Below are positions 28,371 to 38,203 of a stretch of 46,936 nt of DNA, piece by piece (within the stretch, counting starts at the first letter, position 1; each line of letters starts with the position of its first letter). This DNA is from Candidatus Coatesbacteria bacterium (GTDB taxonomy: Bacteria; JAFGND01), in contig JAFGND010000094.1 in assembly GCA_016927185.1 (NCBI GenBank), positions 1-46,936 on the forward strand, written 5' to 3'. The position numbers were made by a program, and so were the translations under genes. Under the pieces are notes generated by a model. That model ran no database searches and was not told where the DNA came from. It worked only from the letters and a program-made list of their open reading frames with translations.

Positions 28371-30234
28371 AATCCTCCCCTTTAATTATTCCAAGACGAA
28401 TCATTAATTCCCTTGGTTTTCGCCATCTTGTAAAAATAAACCATTCTATAAAAAGCAGAAGCAGACCTAATAAAGCTATATATGTCCACCACTCTGCTTG
28501 TGATATAATCTTCTTGTCAATTTCCTTGCCTTGTCTTGCTCTTAGATTTGGAATGTCAGAAGGTGAGATAGCAGATTCAGATGAAGAAATAAAATTGGCT
28601 GCAATGGATTGTCTTATTCCTTCATCTCCTTCTATTGTATAAAATCCTGCGCTATCTACTGGTAATATGCTACCGACTTTTATATCCTTCTTGATTTTTT
28701 CTTTTCTGAGAAAGGAATTTTTATATAATGCGATATCAGGAACTGTAAAATCCTTGCTTAGATTGTGATAATAGACAATATTACTTGCTTCAAACCATTC
28801 AAGAGTATTTATTATTGCAAATACGAAAGATGTATGAATTGGCAAATCAGTTTCCGATAGTGCAAATTCCCATGAGAGATATTTTATTCCTTTTTGTTCT
28901 CCTGCCCAGATTATTGGATTACTGCCAATATAAAGAAGCGGATAAGCAAAATCAGGCATCCTTATATCTGTGTTAAAAGAGCTGAAAAGTACCTCATTCC
29001 ACTGTATATACTTGTTAAGAGGATTTTTTGCATCCCAGTCTATTATCTGATATACCTGTTCTCTTGCTTTCTTTCCAGTAGATGCTGGGCTGGATCCAAT
29101 AAAAAAAGTTGGATATGGTGGATATGATTTTACCGAAATGTTATCAAGTATTATAAGATCGGAAGGAAGATTTGTAAAGTCAAATTCAGCTGAAACCTGT
29201 GAATAAAATTTGACATCAACATTTTTATATGCAAAAAGCAACCCGGCCAAAAAACCCGGATTGGATGAAAAAACAGATACTTTAGGTTTGATTTTTCCCT
29301 TCAGAACTGCATATACTTGATTATCTATGGAATAAGAATCATCATTCAATATCTTGAAGGTGATTTTATCCCATGACCTGTCTAAATTTATTATGCTTCC
29401 TTTGCTTTCTTGAGGTGATAGAGTGTAATTGAATATATCTAATTGCCTATTATCAACTATCTGGGAGATTGAAAAATCTTTTTTTTCATTTCCATAATTT
29501 TTTACTTCCAGAAAACATTGAAATATCTCTCTGTTGCCTTCTTCAAAACGCTTGATTGAAAAATTGCTGATGCCAATGTTTTCTTTTACTTCACCTATCT
29601 TCTTGAATAATATCTTCCCAGGAAAAAAGAATTTATCATCAGGTGAAATTGTTACCCCATCAGAGAGAATAAACAAATAGGAATTTGAGTTTTCTTTTGC
29701 CATTGATGTAAGGAGGTTTAGGCCTGACGAAAGATCAGTAGGTCTTATACTTTGTGATATCTGCTTTATGAAAAGCCTCAATTTTGATTTCTCGTCACTA
29801 AGTCCTGATACGCTTTCTATTCTGTTACTACAAGTGACTATTATCATCTTGTCATTTGACTTCAGATTATCAATAAGCTTTAATGCCTCATTTTTAGCTA
29901 TGTCCAGTCTTGTTTTATTGCCTTCATTTGTTGTCATTGATGCAGAATTATCTATCAAAACACAATATAACGAGTTGGGAGCAATGAAACTCTCCCAATA
30001 AGGTCTAAGTAAGGCAAAAACAATAAATCCTATGAAAAGTATCTGTAAAAATAAAAGTAAATTTTTTCTCAATCTCTGGAAAAGAGAATTTGCCTGTTTA
30101 TCCATAAGGAATTTCTGCCATAGAAAAAGGCTAGGTATCAGATATTTCTCTCTTTTCAATTTAAGAAAATAGAAAATTATTATCAGAGGAATTAATCCAA
30201 GTAGTGGCAAGGCAGATAAATTTAAAAACTTCAT
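28345..30234 (-). CDS. BatA-like N-terminus plus vWA domain membrane protein
   Basis: MKFLN....L..IPLIIIFYFLK.KR....IPSL.LW (BatA-like); MIDAS DNSASM; LSDG; C-terminal W....LL.LLLL.IEW. Confidence 0.9.
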   Translation of the reverse strand: MKFLNLSALPLLGLIPLIIIFYFLKLKREKYLIPSLFLWQKFLMDKQANSLFQRLRKNLLLFLQILFIGFIVFALLRPYWESFIAPNSLYCVLIDNSASMTTNEGNKTRLDIAKNEALKLIDNLKSNDKMIIVTCSNRIESVSGLSDEKSKLRLFIKQISQSIRPTDLSSGLNLLTSMAKENSNSYLFILSDGVTISPDDKFFFPGKILFKKIGEVKENIGISNFSIKRFEEGNREIFQCFLEVKNYGNEKKDFSISQIVDNRQLDIFNYTLSPQESKGSIINLDRSWDKITFKILNDDSYSIDNQVYAVLKGKIKPKVSVFSSNPGFLAGLLFAYKNVDVKFYSQVSAEFDFTNLPSDLIILDNISVKSYPPYPTFFIGSSPASTGKKAREQVYQIIDWDAKNPLNKYIQWNEVLFSSFNTDIRMPDFAYPLLYIGSNPIIWAGEQKGIKYLSWEFALSETDLPIHTSFVFAIINTLEWFEASNIVYYHNLSKDFTVPDIALYKNSFLRKEKIKKDIKVGSILPVDSAGFYTIEGDEGIRQSIAANFISSSESAISPSDIPNLRARQGKEIDKKIISQAEWWTYIALLGLLLLFIEWFIFTRWRKPRELMIRLGIIKGEDYGREGSKV

Positions 30235-31854
30235 CTATTCCATTGATTTGTAATATTCTCTTATCAAGTCTTTGTATCTTACAGGAACCTGTTTCTCCTG
30301 TATGGCTTCTTCTTCGGTTCTCTTGATATCCTTTATCAACTCTCCTTCATCAGTTATCAATGTTTTCATATCATCAATACCCTGAAATTTGAACTGTGTA
30401 ATCTCCTCCTTATCAGAGACCTTACCCTCAACTTTTGTTGCATAACCTTTGCTTTTTGTTCTCATTGAATCATACATTTTTTTGTATTCACCGATTTTCT
30501 GGGATTTATCCTTGTTTATCTTTTTTTCACTTTTCAAAACATCAGGTGCCTCTTTATCTGTTTTCTCATGTTCATTAGTACTGCTGGTACCAGGTTTCAA
30601 TCCCTGTTCAGTTTTCAATTCTCCCTTTTTCCATTTTTCAAGAAGCTCTTTCCTGTGTTTCAGCAATTCATCAAGTTGATCCTTAGAAATCTTGTCTCCA
30701 CCTGTTTGAATTTTGGTTGAGGACTTGTTTAGCTGATCCATAGTCTCACCTAGACTTTTACATCCTGAACTGCTTCAGGTTCCTTCCTTTTTCTCTTTTG
30801 ATAACTGTTCCAGCTTGTTCTCCAGATCCTTTAATGTCTTTGAAGCTTCTTTCTGTTGATTGTTCTTAAGCTGCTGAGACAATTTCTGCATCTGTTCTGC
30901 CAGTTTCGGATCAGCTGACTTCAAGTCATTAGCTGAATTCTCTATTGATTTTGCAGCATCTTTTATAGACTCCTTGTCTGCTTTATTTTCCGATAGTGTT
31001 TTTTTAACTTTTTCAAGTTCCTTCTTTGCTTTCTCCCATTCCTGTTTCTGCATCCCTTTGGCAGTTTCACCTAGTTCCTTATTCTTGGATAAATCCTGTC
31101 CCATTTTTGTAAGCTTGTTTTTTAGTTCTTCCTTCCTGGCTTGATCTGAAAACTCTTCTTTCATTTTCTCCATTTGGTATTTCATTTCATTCATCGCTTC
31201 TTTTCTTGTTAATTCTTTGTTTGCAAGAAGCTTCTCAAGTCTCTTTTCCATGTTTTCATATTTTTTTGCAATTATCGGATTCTTTTCTGAGGCTCTTTTT
31301 GTTTTATAAAATTCTTTGAGTTCTTTCAGTTCCTTCACAACATCGGGTTCCTGTTTGATTGTGGCTTTAGTAGATTTTGCAGATAATGGAGGAAGGTACA
31401 GTAAACCTAAGATTGAAGTTAATAATAATATTGGTATCAGCCAAGAAAATTTTTCAAACTTCAGTGGAAAAGTATTTCTGATATCCAGATTAGTAAGTGT
31501 ATCTCTGCAATCATCAAGGAGTGCATTAATCAGTGGACTTGTCTTATTCTTGAATTCTAAACCGGTTTGTATTTTCTCTTTCAACTTTAATTGTTTATCT
31601 AATAATCTTGCAGTTCTTATGGAATCAAGAGGAGCTGCTATTCCATATACTATTGCTGCCAAAAATGCAATCAAGAGTATTGAAAATCCCCAATACCAAG
31701 GATAGTTCAGGGAAAATAGCTTAAATGCAATTGTCCATAACAGAAGAAATGCCATACCTAGAAGAAAAGCTTTTTGCAATAAGGATGTAATGAATTGCAT
31801 CCTGTGTTTTCTTCTTACTGGCTTGAAAAGAATATCCAACTCAGACATAATCAA
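30235..31854 (-). CDS. Membrane-anchored coiled-coil protein of the MoxR-vWA operon, read through an in-frame TGA at 30777-30775 (candidate selenoprotein, about 539 aa)
   Basis: The 359-aa and 168-aa ORFs share one frame (31854-30741=1113, divisible by 3). Between them are only TGA plus 11 sense codons (SSSGCKSLGET). N-part: TMs, D..LKLKEKI.TGLEF, coiled coil. C-part ends VPVRYKDLIREYY. Confidence 0.7.
30731..30779 (-). promoter_or_regulatory. Putative bacterial SECIS-like stem-loop downstream of the in-frame UGA
   Basis: mRNA ACC UGA AGC AGU UCA GGA UGU AAA AGUCU-AGGUG-AGACU AUG GAU CAG CU. 5-bp upper stem with a GGU-containing loop starting 23 nt after UGA; possible lower stem AGCAGUUCA/UGGAUCAGCU. 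Confidence 0.5.
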
Positions 31855-33446
31855 TAATCCTCAAGATTTGGTAGATAGATTTTCAATTGATTCAAGGGTT
31901 TCAAGGCAATATCAAGAAGTATCCAGAATACTGAAGTAAAAAAGCAAATCGATAAGTTTACTGAAGTGTACAAGATGAAATCTGTTTTTATTATCCCTTG
32001 ATTAGAAAAGCCGTCTTTAATAGTATCGGAAACAAAATACAATGCATTCATAGATCCCAGGATAAAATCAGCTGGAGACTTAAGTGCTTTTGTACTATTG
32101 AGTATAAAAGTAATTCCCAAATAGACTAGTACCAAGATAAAATATAAAGTGACTGCTATTCTTTTCTTGGGCATGATGTTCTGGAGTAATCTTGAGAAAG
32201 TTACATATGGAACTAAAGAAAGAAAAGTCATAAGAAAATAGTAAAATACTATCTTATCTTGTCCAGTAAAAGTCTTTGGGAAAAAGATAATACTTAGAAA
32301 TGGTCCAATAAGAATCACTGAAAAATAAAGCAGAAACTTAACTATATCATCCCCAGCATTCCTCGGAAGATTTAGTGGAAACAAATACCTATCATTAGGT
32401 AATAATTCATTACTTTTGCATCTCGGGATAATTGGGAAAAAAGGTATTGCAGAAATGAAAAATATTGAAACATACAAAAAGTAAGCAGAAAAAAATCTTA
32501 AAGTGTTATCTATATTAGAATAAGATATCCTTGAAGAGGTTATCATACTTGTAGTTCTTGAATAGGAAGACCAGAACGACAAAAACAGGATCAACAAAAA
32601 GCATGCAATGATCCCAAGATTATATTTAGGTGGTAACAACGTAATTGGCTCATCAAAACGCTTGATGGATCTTGCAGATAGATAATTAAAAAAAACTATG
32701 AATAATCCAAGTATCAAAATGGTTGGAATCCAGAAGGGTATCTTGAATTTAAAAATAAGGAAATTTACACTTCCATTCGCAAAACCATATATTATATTTA
32801 TCGGGAAAAGTACTGATATCAATGGTAAATTCTGGGTTTTTGAGTAATACCTGAATACCTCTACAAAAATCAAAGAAATAATAAAAATACAAAAATTGAA
32901 GCCTAGCATGAAGAATATTGCTGATCTATTATTTCTGACAACGCTTGATATAAAAACACCAATACTAGACAAAAAAATGCTGTAGATAAGCATGAAAAAC
33001 ATGAATGAAATAATTGTAAAAATATCAATTCCGCCTACTACTGTTCCTATTATCTTAAGAGGCAGAGAAACACTCAGAAGAAGTACTATTAAAATAAAAG
33101 TTGAAGCCAGCTTTCCAAAAATAATGCTTCCAGCCGACATAGGCGAGCTTAGAATGAAACCAAATGTCTTTGCTTTCAATTCAGATATTATAGCTTGAGA
33201 GGTGATTATTGACAAATATACAGAAAGCAGTATAAATTCAGCATATGCTATTGTATAGAAAAACTGCTGTCCAAGAACTACATTATTTTGTCTTTTTGTT
33301 TCAATATCCAGATAGGATACTAGAAATATGAAAGCTATTATTAAAATATAGATTACTATAGTAACAAGAATTGCAGGATTTCTGACTCTTTGCCTTAATT
33401 CTAGAGCAAGAATTGGATTGTCCATTATCCTTGAAAGGACTTTCAC
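31851..33446 (-). CDS. ABC-2 type transporter permease (large, about 12 TM)
   Basis: NPILALELRQRVR, SQAIISE...KTF..ILSSPMS.GSIIFGKL, many TMs. Start GTG 33446 or ATG 33425. Confidence 0.88.
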   Translation of the reverse strand: MKVLSRIMDNPILALELRQRVRNPAILVTIVIYILIIAFIFLVSYLDIETKRQNNVVLGQQFFYTIAYAEFILLSVYLSIITSQAIISELKAKTFGFILSSPMSAGSIIFGKLASTFILIVLLLSVSLPLKIIGTVVGGIDIFTIISFMFFMLIYSIFLSSIGVFISSVVRNNRSAIFFMLGFNFCIFIISLIFVEVFRYYSKTQNLPLISVLFPINIIYGFANGSVNFLIFKFKIPFWIPTILILGLFIVFFNYLSARSIKRFDEPITLLPPKYNLGIIACFLLILFLSFWSSYSRTTSMITSSRISYSNIDNTLRFFSAYFLYVSIFFISAIPFFPIIPRCKSNELLPNDRYLFPLNLPRNAGDDIVKFLLYFSVILIGPFLSIIFFPKTFTGQDKIVFYYFLMTFLSLVPYVTFSRLLQNIMPKKRIAVTLYFILVLVYLGITFILNSTKALKSPADFILGSMNALYFVSDTIKDGFSNQGIIKTDFILYTSVNLSICFFTSVFWILLDIALKPLNQLKIYLPNLEDY

Positions 33447-34375
33447 TGCACTTTTCCTTTTGTAATTTTCATAAAAACTTCATCCAGATTATATTTTCTG
33501 GGAGAAAAAGAAATTATCGGAAAGTCACTCATAATAAGATGTTTCATTATTTTTTTTATAGATTCATCTCCATCATTACAAAGAATGGTGTACTCCTTTC
33601 CCTCCCCTTTCATTTCAATAACATCTTCTATTTCAAGGATTGCTTCATTTTCAGGCTTACTAAGCTCTCTGTAAAAACCTAAAGAGATGTAATTACCGCT
33701 CCTTAACTTGATTTGAATATCATCAAGAGAACCTTCAAAGACCATTTCCCCAGCTTCAATAATTCCAAATCTATCGCACAAACCCTCCATTTCACTTAGA
33801 ATATGTGATGAAATGAGGATTGTCTTTCCCATGGATTTCAGCTCCTTCAAAAGCATGAGCAATTCTATTCTTGCTCTTGGATCAAGACCTGAGGCAGGTT
33901 CATCAAGTAACAATATCTTGGGATTATGAACAAGTGTTTTTGCAAGAAGAAGTCTCTGAGTCATTCCTCTTGAAAGATGCCCTACCAATGAATTCTTTTT
34001 CTCACTTAAATCTACCAAAGCCAAACAGTCGTCAATTATCTTATTCCTTTTGCTGGGTGGAACTTCATATGCTCTACAGAAAAAATCAAGGTATTCCCAT
34101 ACAAATATATGTCTGTAAATACCTACAACATCGGGCATGAAGCCTATCTGTTTTCGTAATTCATATCTATTATTAATATCCAAATGCATATTATCAATTA
34201 CTACTTCTCCTTCATAGTCTCTTGTTAATGTTGAAAGTATTCTTAAAGTAGTAGATTTACCTGCTCCATTTGGTCCAATGAATCCATATATTTCCTTGAA
34301 ATTAATACTCATGTCAATACCTTTCAAGGCATTCAAATTACCGTAATTCTTTTTTAATCTGATTATTTCTATCAT
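33443..34375 (-). CDS. ABC transporter ATP-binding protein
   Basis: GPNGAGKST, LSRGMTQR, LLLDEPASGLDPRAR, ISSHILSE. Confidence 0.96.
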   Translation of the reverse strand: MIEIIRLKKNYGNLNALKGIDMSINFKEIYGFIGPNGAGKSTTLRILSTLTRDYEGEVVIDNMHLDINNRYELRKQIGFMPDVVGIYRHIFVWEYLDFFCRAYEVPPSKRNKIIDDCLALVDLSEKKNSLVGHLSRGMTQRLLLAKTLVHNPKILLLDEPASGLDPRARIELLMLLKELKSMGKTILISSHILSEMEGLCDRFGIIEAGEMVFEGSLDDIQIKLRSGNYISLGFYRELSKPENEAILEIEDVIEMKGEGKEYTILCNDGDESIKKIMKHLIMSDFPIISFSPRKYNLDEVFMKITKGKVQ

Positions 34376-36588
34376 TTCAATGTAACATTATATTCAAACA
34401 TAAAAAAGTCAATATTTAACCTTTTTGATTCCTTTGAAATCATGAATGTTCTTGGTTGCTTATTATTCCATCCGCATATATATAGTCTTTTATCATCCCT
34501 GCTAATTGGATTCCCTCTCATTGTGCTTGAGAAGTACTTGTAGAATTTCTTGCCACTTATACTTCCATTATCCAATGATGCCCAGATCATTGCCTTTATG
34601 AAATCAGTATGATTTTTCTCATCATCCTTATCTTCAGCTAGCAATTTAAAATCATTTATTATTTTGGAGTGAATAAGTCCTGAAGCAGGATATGAATATG
34701 ATGCATATTTATGAGAAGTTTTACCTGTTTTGGGATTGTATGCAGCAGTTGGTTTTGAAGTTTTGACCATAGGTATTTTGATTATTGCTTTTACATCCTT
34801 TCCGGATTTGAATTTTCCTATTATCTTATAATTTTCTCCATAAATCAAAATAGCATCATCAAGATCATAAGGGAGATTATTGGTAATTGAAAAGTGTATT
34901 GTACTGTCTCTCATTATTTTATGTTCACATGAAATATTCCCTTTCAAATCAATGCTCTTATAAGTTAAAAAACTCTTGGTTTCTCCAGGTGAAAACCAGA
35001 TGGATGAAAACTCTCTCCCTCCCTTGTCAATTTCCCAGATAGTATTCATTTTATAATTATTTGAAACAGGATAGAAGAAAATATCATCAGAAACTGTTCT
35101 TATTGTAAAGTTTTGCCTGACTGGAGAAAAAACAGAATTGAGTGTAATTATAGACGCATTATTCTGTTTTACATAAGCTGAGACAAAATTCAATTCAGTC
35201 GTATATACGTCCTTCTCTGTGTGAAGAAAAACAATAAGATATGCTGCCAACGTCCATAACAAAGCTGAAGCTGGCACAGAATACCATAGCAATATCCTCT
35301 TTTTCAAGTAACTGAAAAGGAAATAGTTTACAGGTCCAATGAAAATAATATATGCAAAAAGGAAAAACGAGATAAAAAGAAGGGTTGGTATCTTTATTTT
35401 ACCATGATAATCAAAGGAATTCTCCATGTTACTAAGCAGCTTCTTTTTTTCATTTTGATCATAATAGCTTTTTTCTTTTCTCGAATTATCCCATGGAATT
35501 CGTGAAAGAAGCGGAATGTTTCTTGTATCCTGCATATTGAATGCCATAACCAGTATACTTCCAAGTCCATATTTGTAACTTGCCCATATTAAATCATTAT
35601 TATATCTTTCTTCCTTGAAAGGACTAATAATTGACTGTATCTTATAGTTTTCAAGCTTTAACTCTATTTTTTGAAGTACTACCTTTGTTGAATCAATCTG
35701 ATTAACAATTGAGGAATCCTTCTCTGCAATATTATGATTATTAAGGGCATCATTTGTATCCGGCATTTCTATAGTTGTTGGAGAATCCATATTTTCATTT
35801 ATCTCATATTTAACCGCATTTGAATCAGATATTGAAGAATTCCAAAGGATTTCGGAACCTTTTTCATACTGAAATGGAAATGATTTGGGAATCTGATCTT
35901 TTAGAAGAAGCCATTGAGGATTAGGTGAAACTATAAGCAATCCTCCCTGACTTATCCAGTCACTTAGTGCTCTTGTGAAAACATATCTTTTCGCATTATC
36001 AGGAGATATGTCACCAATCACAATCACTTTTACTGAAGAAAGACCTATTGATGAATGAGGAAGCTTCTCTGGATGAATTACCTGCATATTATGATTATCT
36101 GAGAAAAGCTTTATAACAGGAAATGTCATTTGCTCACTAATGAAAAGAACCAGAAAGCTGTTATATTCAAGATTATTCATTTTTATTGGGATGATACCAG
36201 GCTTGGCTGGTCCGGATTTTCTATATCTTGTATATTCACCTTGTTTGATTATTTTGCCGTCTTTTGAAACAAGATTAACCTCAAGGCTATTGAACCATTG
36301 TGGTAATGGAAGCAACATTTCAAATGATTTGCTGTTCTGAGGACCTGGCATAGATACTCTTGTTTTCCATGTAAAAGATGCATCATTATCATTTGTCCTG
36401 TGAATAACTGCCTCAAGCCTACCTTCAAAATCACCATTAGTAGTCTCAATGTCTATAATCAATGGATAATAAGATCCTTCTTCAAAATAGCCATTAAAGC
36501 AAGGTTTAATATCAAATTTAACTATATCCCCAGCATCCAGCAAAACTGCTTTGAATACTAATATAAACAAAATTAAAAATCTACTCAT
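34372..36588 (-). CDS. Exported/membrane accessory protein of the ABC-MoxR module (Ig-like and GATase-like regions)
   Basis: Signal peptide; G.F..G.Y.P; L..WI.QGG.LIV; YGLGSI; TM pair FL.AYIIFIGPVNY...KKR.LLW.SVP, typical of genes beside such ABC pairs. Confidence 0.7.
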   Translation of the reverse strand: MSRFLILFILVFKAVLLDAGDIVKFDIKPCFNGYFEEGSYYPLIIDIETTNGDFEGRLEAVIHRTNDNDASFTWKTRVSMPGPQNSKSFEMLLPLPQWFNSLEVNLVSKDGKIIKQGEYTRYRKSGPAKPGIIPIKMNNLEYNSFLVLFISEQMTFPVIKLFSDNHNMQVIHPEKLPHSSIGLSSVKVIVIGDISPDNAKRYVFTRALSDWISQGGLLIVSPNPQWLLLKDQIPKSFPFQYEKGSEILWNSSISDSNAVKYEINENMDSPTTIEMPDTNDALNNHNIAEKDSSIVNQIDSTKVVLQKIELKLENYKIQSIISPFKEERYNNDLIWASYKYGLGSILVMAFNMQDTRNIPLLSRIPWDNSRKEKSYYDQNEKKKLLSNMENSFDYHGKIKIPTLLFISFFLFAYIIFIGPVNYFLFSYLKKRILLWYSVPASALLWTLAAYLIVFLHTEKDVYTTELNFVSAYVKQNNASIITLNSVFSPVRQNFTIRTVSDDIFFYPVSNNYKMNTIWEIDKGGREFSSIWFSPGETKSFLTYKSIDLKGNISCEHKIMRDSTIHFSITNNLPYDLDDAILIYGENYKIIGKFKSGKDVKAIIKIPMVKTSKPTAAYNPKTGKTSHKYASYSYPASGLIHSKIINDFKLLAEDKDDEKNHTDFIKAMIWASLDNGSISGKKFYKYFSSTMRGNPISRDDKRLYICGWNNKQPRTFMISKESKRLNIDFFMFEYNVTLK

Positions 36589-37288
36589 CCTTTTCTCTTT
36601 TTCCTATAATAAACTCGGTATATTCAAAATCCTCCGCTTTAGTAATTTTCAGATTATTTGTGGAGTGAAGCAAAACATCAATATCATATCCAGCTTTCAA
36701 TACAAGTATTATGTCATCTGAAGCGTTTTCAATTTTCTGCTCCCTTGCTTTTTGATGTGCATCCCATATGATCGGAAACCTGAATGTCTGAGGAGTTTCA
36801 GCTGAAATCAATTTGCTTCTATTCAATTGCTGAAATACTCTATCACTTTGCTTATATATTGAATCAGTTACTCCTTTTGCGACCAAACAAGCTCCTTTTT
36901 CCAATGCAATCTTGAAGCTTTTTTCTATAATTTCACTTTTTGTAAATGGTCTTGCTGTATCATGAATTGCTACAATAATATTTTCCTTATTCTTTTCTTT
37001 GTTTATTCTTTTCAGCGCATTAAATGAAGATTGCTGTCTTGTCTTACCACCTTTTATTAAAACTATATTGCTGAGTTTATAGTCACCTATATATTTTTCT
37101 GTCAACTCCATATAATTCTCAGGCATTACTAATACTATCTTTTTTATTGGTTTATATTCCAGAAAACACAATAGACTATGAATAAATAAGGGTTTACCGG
37201 CAATTTCTACAAATTGCTTGGGGAGATTCTTTCCTGTTCTCCTGCCAATTCCTCCTGATAAAAATACTATCCAGTGCTCAAAATTCAT
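36581..37288 (-). CDS. ispD: 2-C-methyl-D-erythritol 4-phosphate cytidylyltransferase (IspD/TarI family)
   Basis: SGG.G.R....PKQF..I.GKP, GG.TRQ.S, IHD.ARPF, ETPQTF, SDD, NLKIT..ED. Confidence 0.88.
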   Translation of the reverse strand: MNFEHWIVFLSGGIGRRTGKNLPKQFVEIAGKPLFIHSLLCFLEYKPIKKIVLVMPENYMELTEKYIGDYKLSNIVLIKGGKTRQQSSFNALKRINKEKNKENIIVAIHDTARPFTKSEIIEKSFKIALEKGACLVAKGVTDSIYKQSDRVFQQLNRSKLISAETPQTFRFPIIWDAHQKAREQKIENASDDIILVLKAGYDIDVLLHSTNNLKITKAEDFEYTEFIIGKREKDE

Positions 37289-37316
37289 ATAGTTTCAATC
37301 CAAGATAACAAAGAAA

Positions 37317-37351
37317 TTGACAATATATTTTTAAAGGGGCACACATGTCAA
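37317..37351. promoter_or_regulatory. Overlapping divergent promoters (TTGACA-N23-TGTCAA) for the ispD-MoxR operon and the USP gene
   Basis: TTGACA 37317-37322 (+) and TGTCAA 37346-37351; the minus-strand unit has TATATT at an 18-bp spacer. Confidence 0.45.
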
Positions 37352-37369
37352 AAACAATGGAGGCTAGTA

Positions 37370-38203
37370 ATGTTTGATAAAATACTGGTAGCAATTGATA
37401 GCAGTGAGTGCAGTTTAATGGCATTAGACTATGGAATCTATCTTGCGAAAAACTTGAATGCAGAGTTCTCTATAATGCATGTCATCGATAGCAAATATTT
37501 CAACTGGGTGCTTGTTTATGATTTCTCAAGTTATCTGGGAGTAAATCCCCAGTTGCATGTGGAGGAAAACCTAAGAAAAAGTCTCTATAAAAGAGGAAAG
37601 ACTTTGATTGAAGCAGCAGAACAAAGATGCAATGATTCCCAAATATTTCCTGAGACTTTTATTGAAGAAGGTAATGTAAGGGAGGTTGTTTGTAAAAAGG
37701 CTCATACAGTTGATCTTGTTATTATAGGTGAATGTGGAGAAAGCAAAAAAGATAATAGTAAATTTCTGGGCTCTAATGCAGAAGAAATTTCAAGGGGAAT
37801 AAATAAACCTTTAATAATTGCTCCTGCACTTCATCCAAAATTAAGCAAAATACTTCTGGCATATGATGGAAGTAATTATGCAAATGATACTTTGAACGTA
37901 ATAAAGGTTTTAAGCAACAAATTAAAATTTTCATTAACTATATTAAATGTTGGTGATAATGAAGAAGGGCAATTGATTCTTCAAGAGGCAAAAAAAGCAA
38001 TTGAACCTGTGAACTTGACTATTGATTACATATGTAAAAATGGTGATCCAGAAGATGAGATAGTAAAGTATGCTAACAGAGAAGCAATTGATTTGATTGC
38101 CATGGGAGCTTATGGAAACGGAAGAATTATTGATCTTATTTTAGGCTCTACTACTGAATATGTTCTAAGAAATTCAAGCGTTCCTGTACTGCTGATGCGT
38201 TAA
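37370..38203 (+). CDS. Universal stress protein (tandem USP domains)
   Basis: MFDKILVAIDSS; G...LGSNAEEI; KILLAYDGS; DLIAMGAYG..RI..LILGSTTEYVLR.S.VPVL. ATG 37370 follows GGAGG. Confidence 0.93.
   Translation: MFDKILVAIDSSECSLMALDYGIYLAKNLNAEFSIMHVIDSKYFNWVLVYDFSSYLGVNPQLHVEENLRKSLYKRGKTLIEAAEQRCNDSQIFPETFIEEGNVREVVCKKAHTVDLVIIGECGESKKDNSKFLGSNAEEISRGINKPLIIAPALHPKLSKILLAYDGSNYANDTLNVIKVLSNKLKFSLTILNVGDNEEGQLILQEAKKAIEPVNLTIDYICKNGDPEDEIVKYANREAIDLIAMGAYGNGRIIDLILGSTTEYVLRNSSVPVLLMR

Noticed and set aside
30235-31854. Simple pseudogene or two independent genes
   Set aside because: Not excluded, but ranked lower: there are no other lesions, the linker is open and contains a Cys, the operon is intact, and a SECIS-like hairpin follows the TGA. 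An SD-like AGGUGA before ATG 30741 keeps the two-gene model possible.
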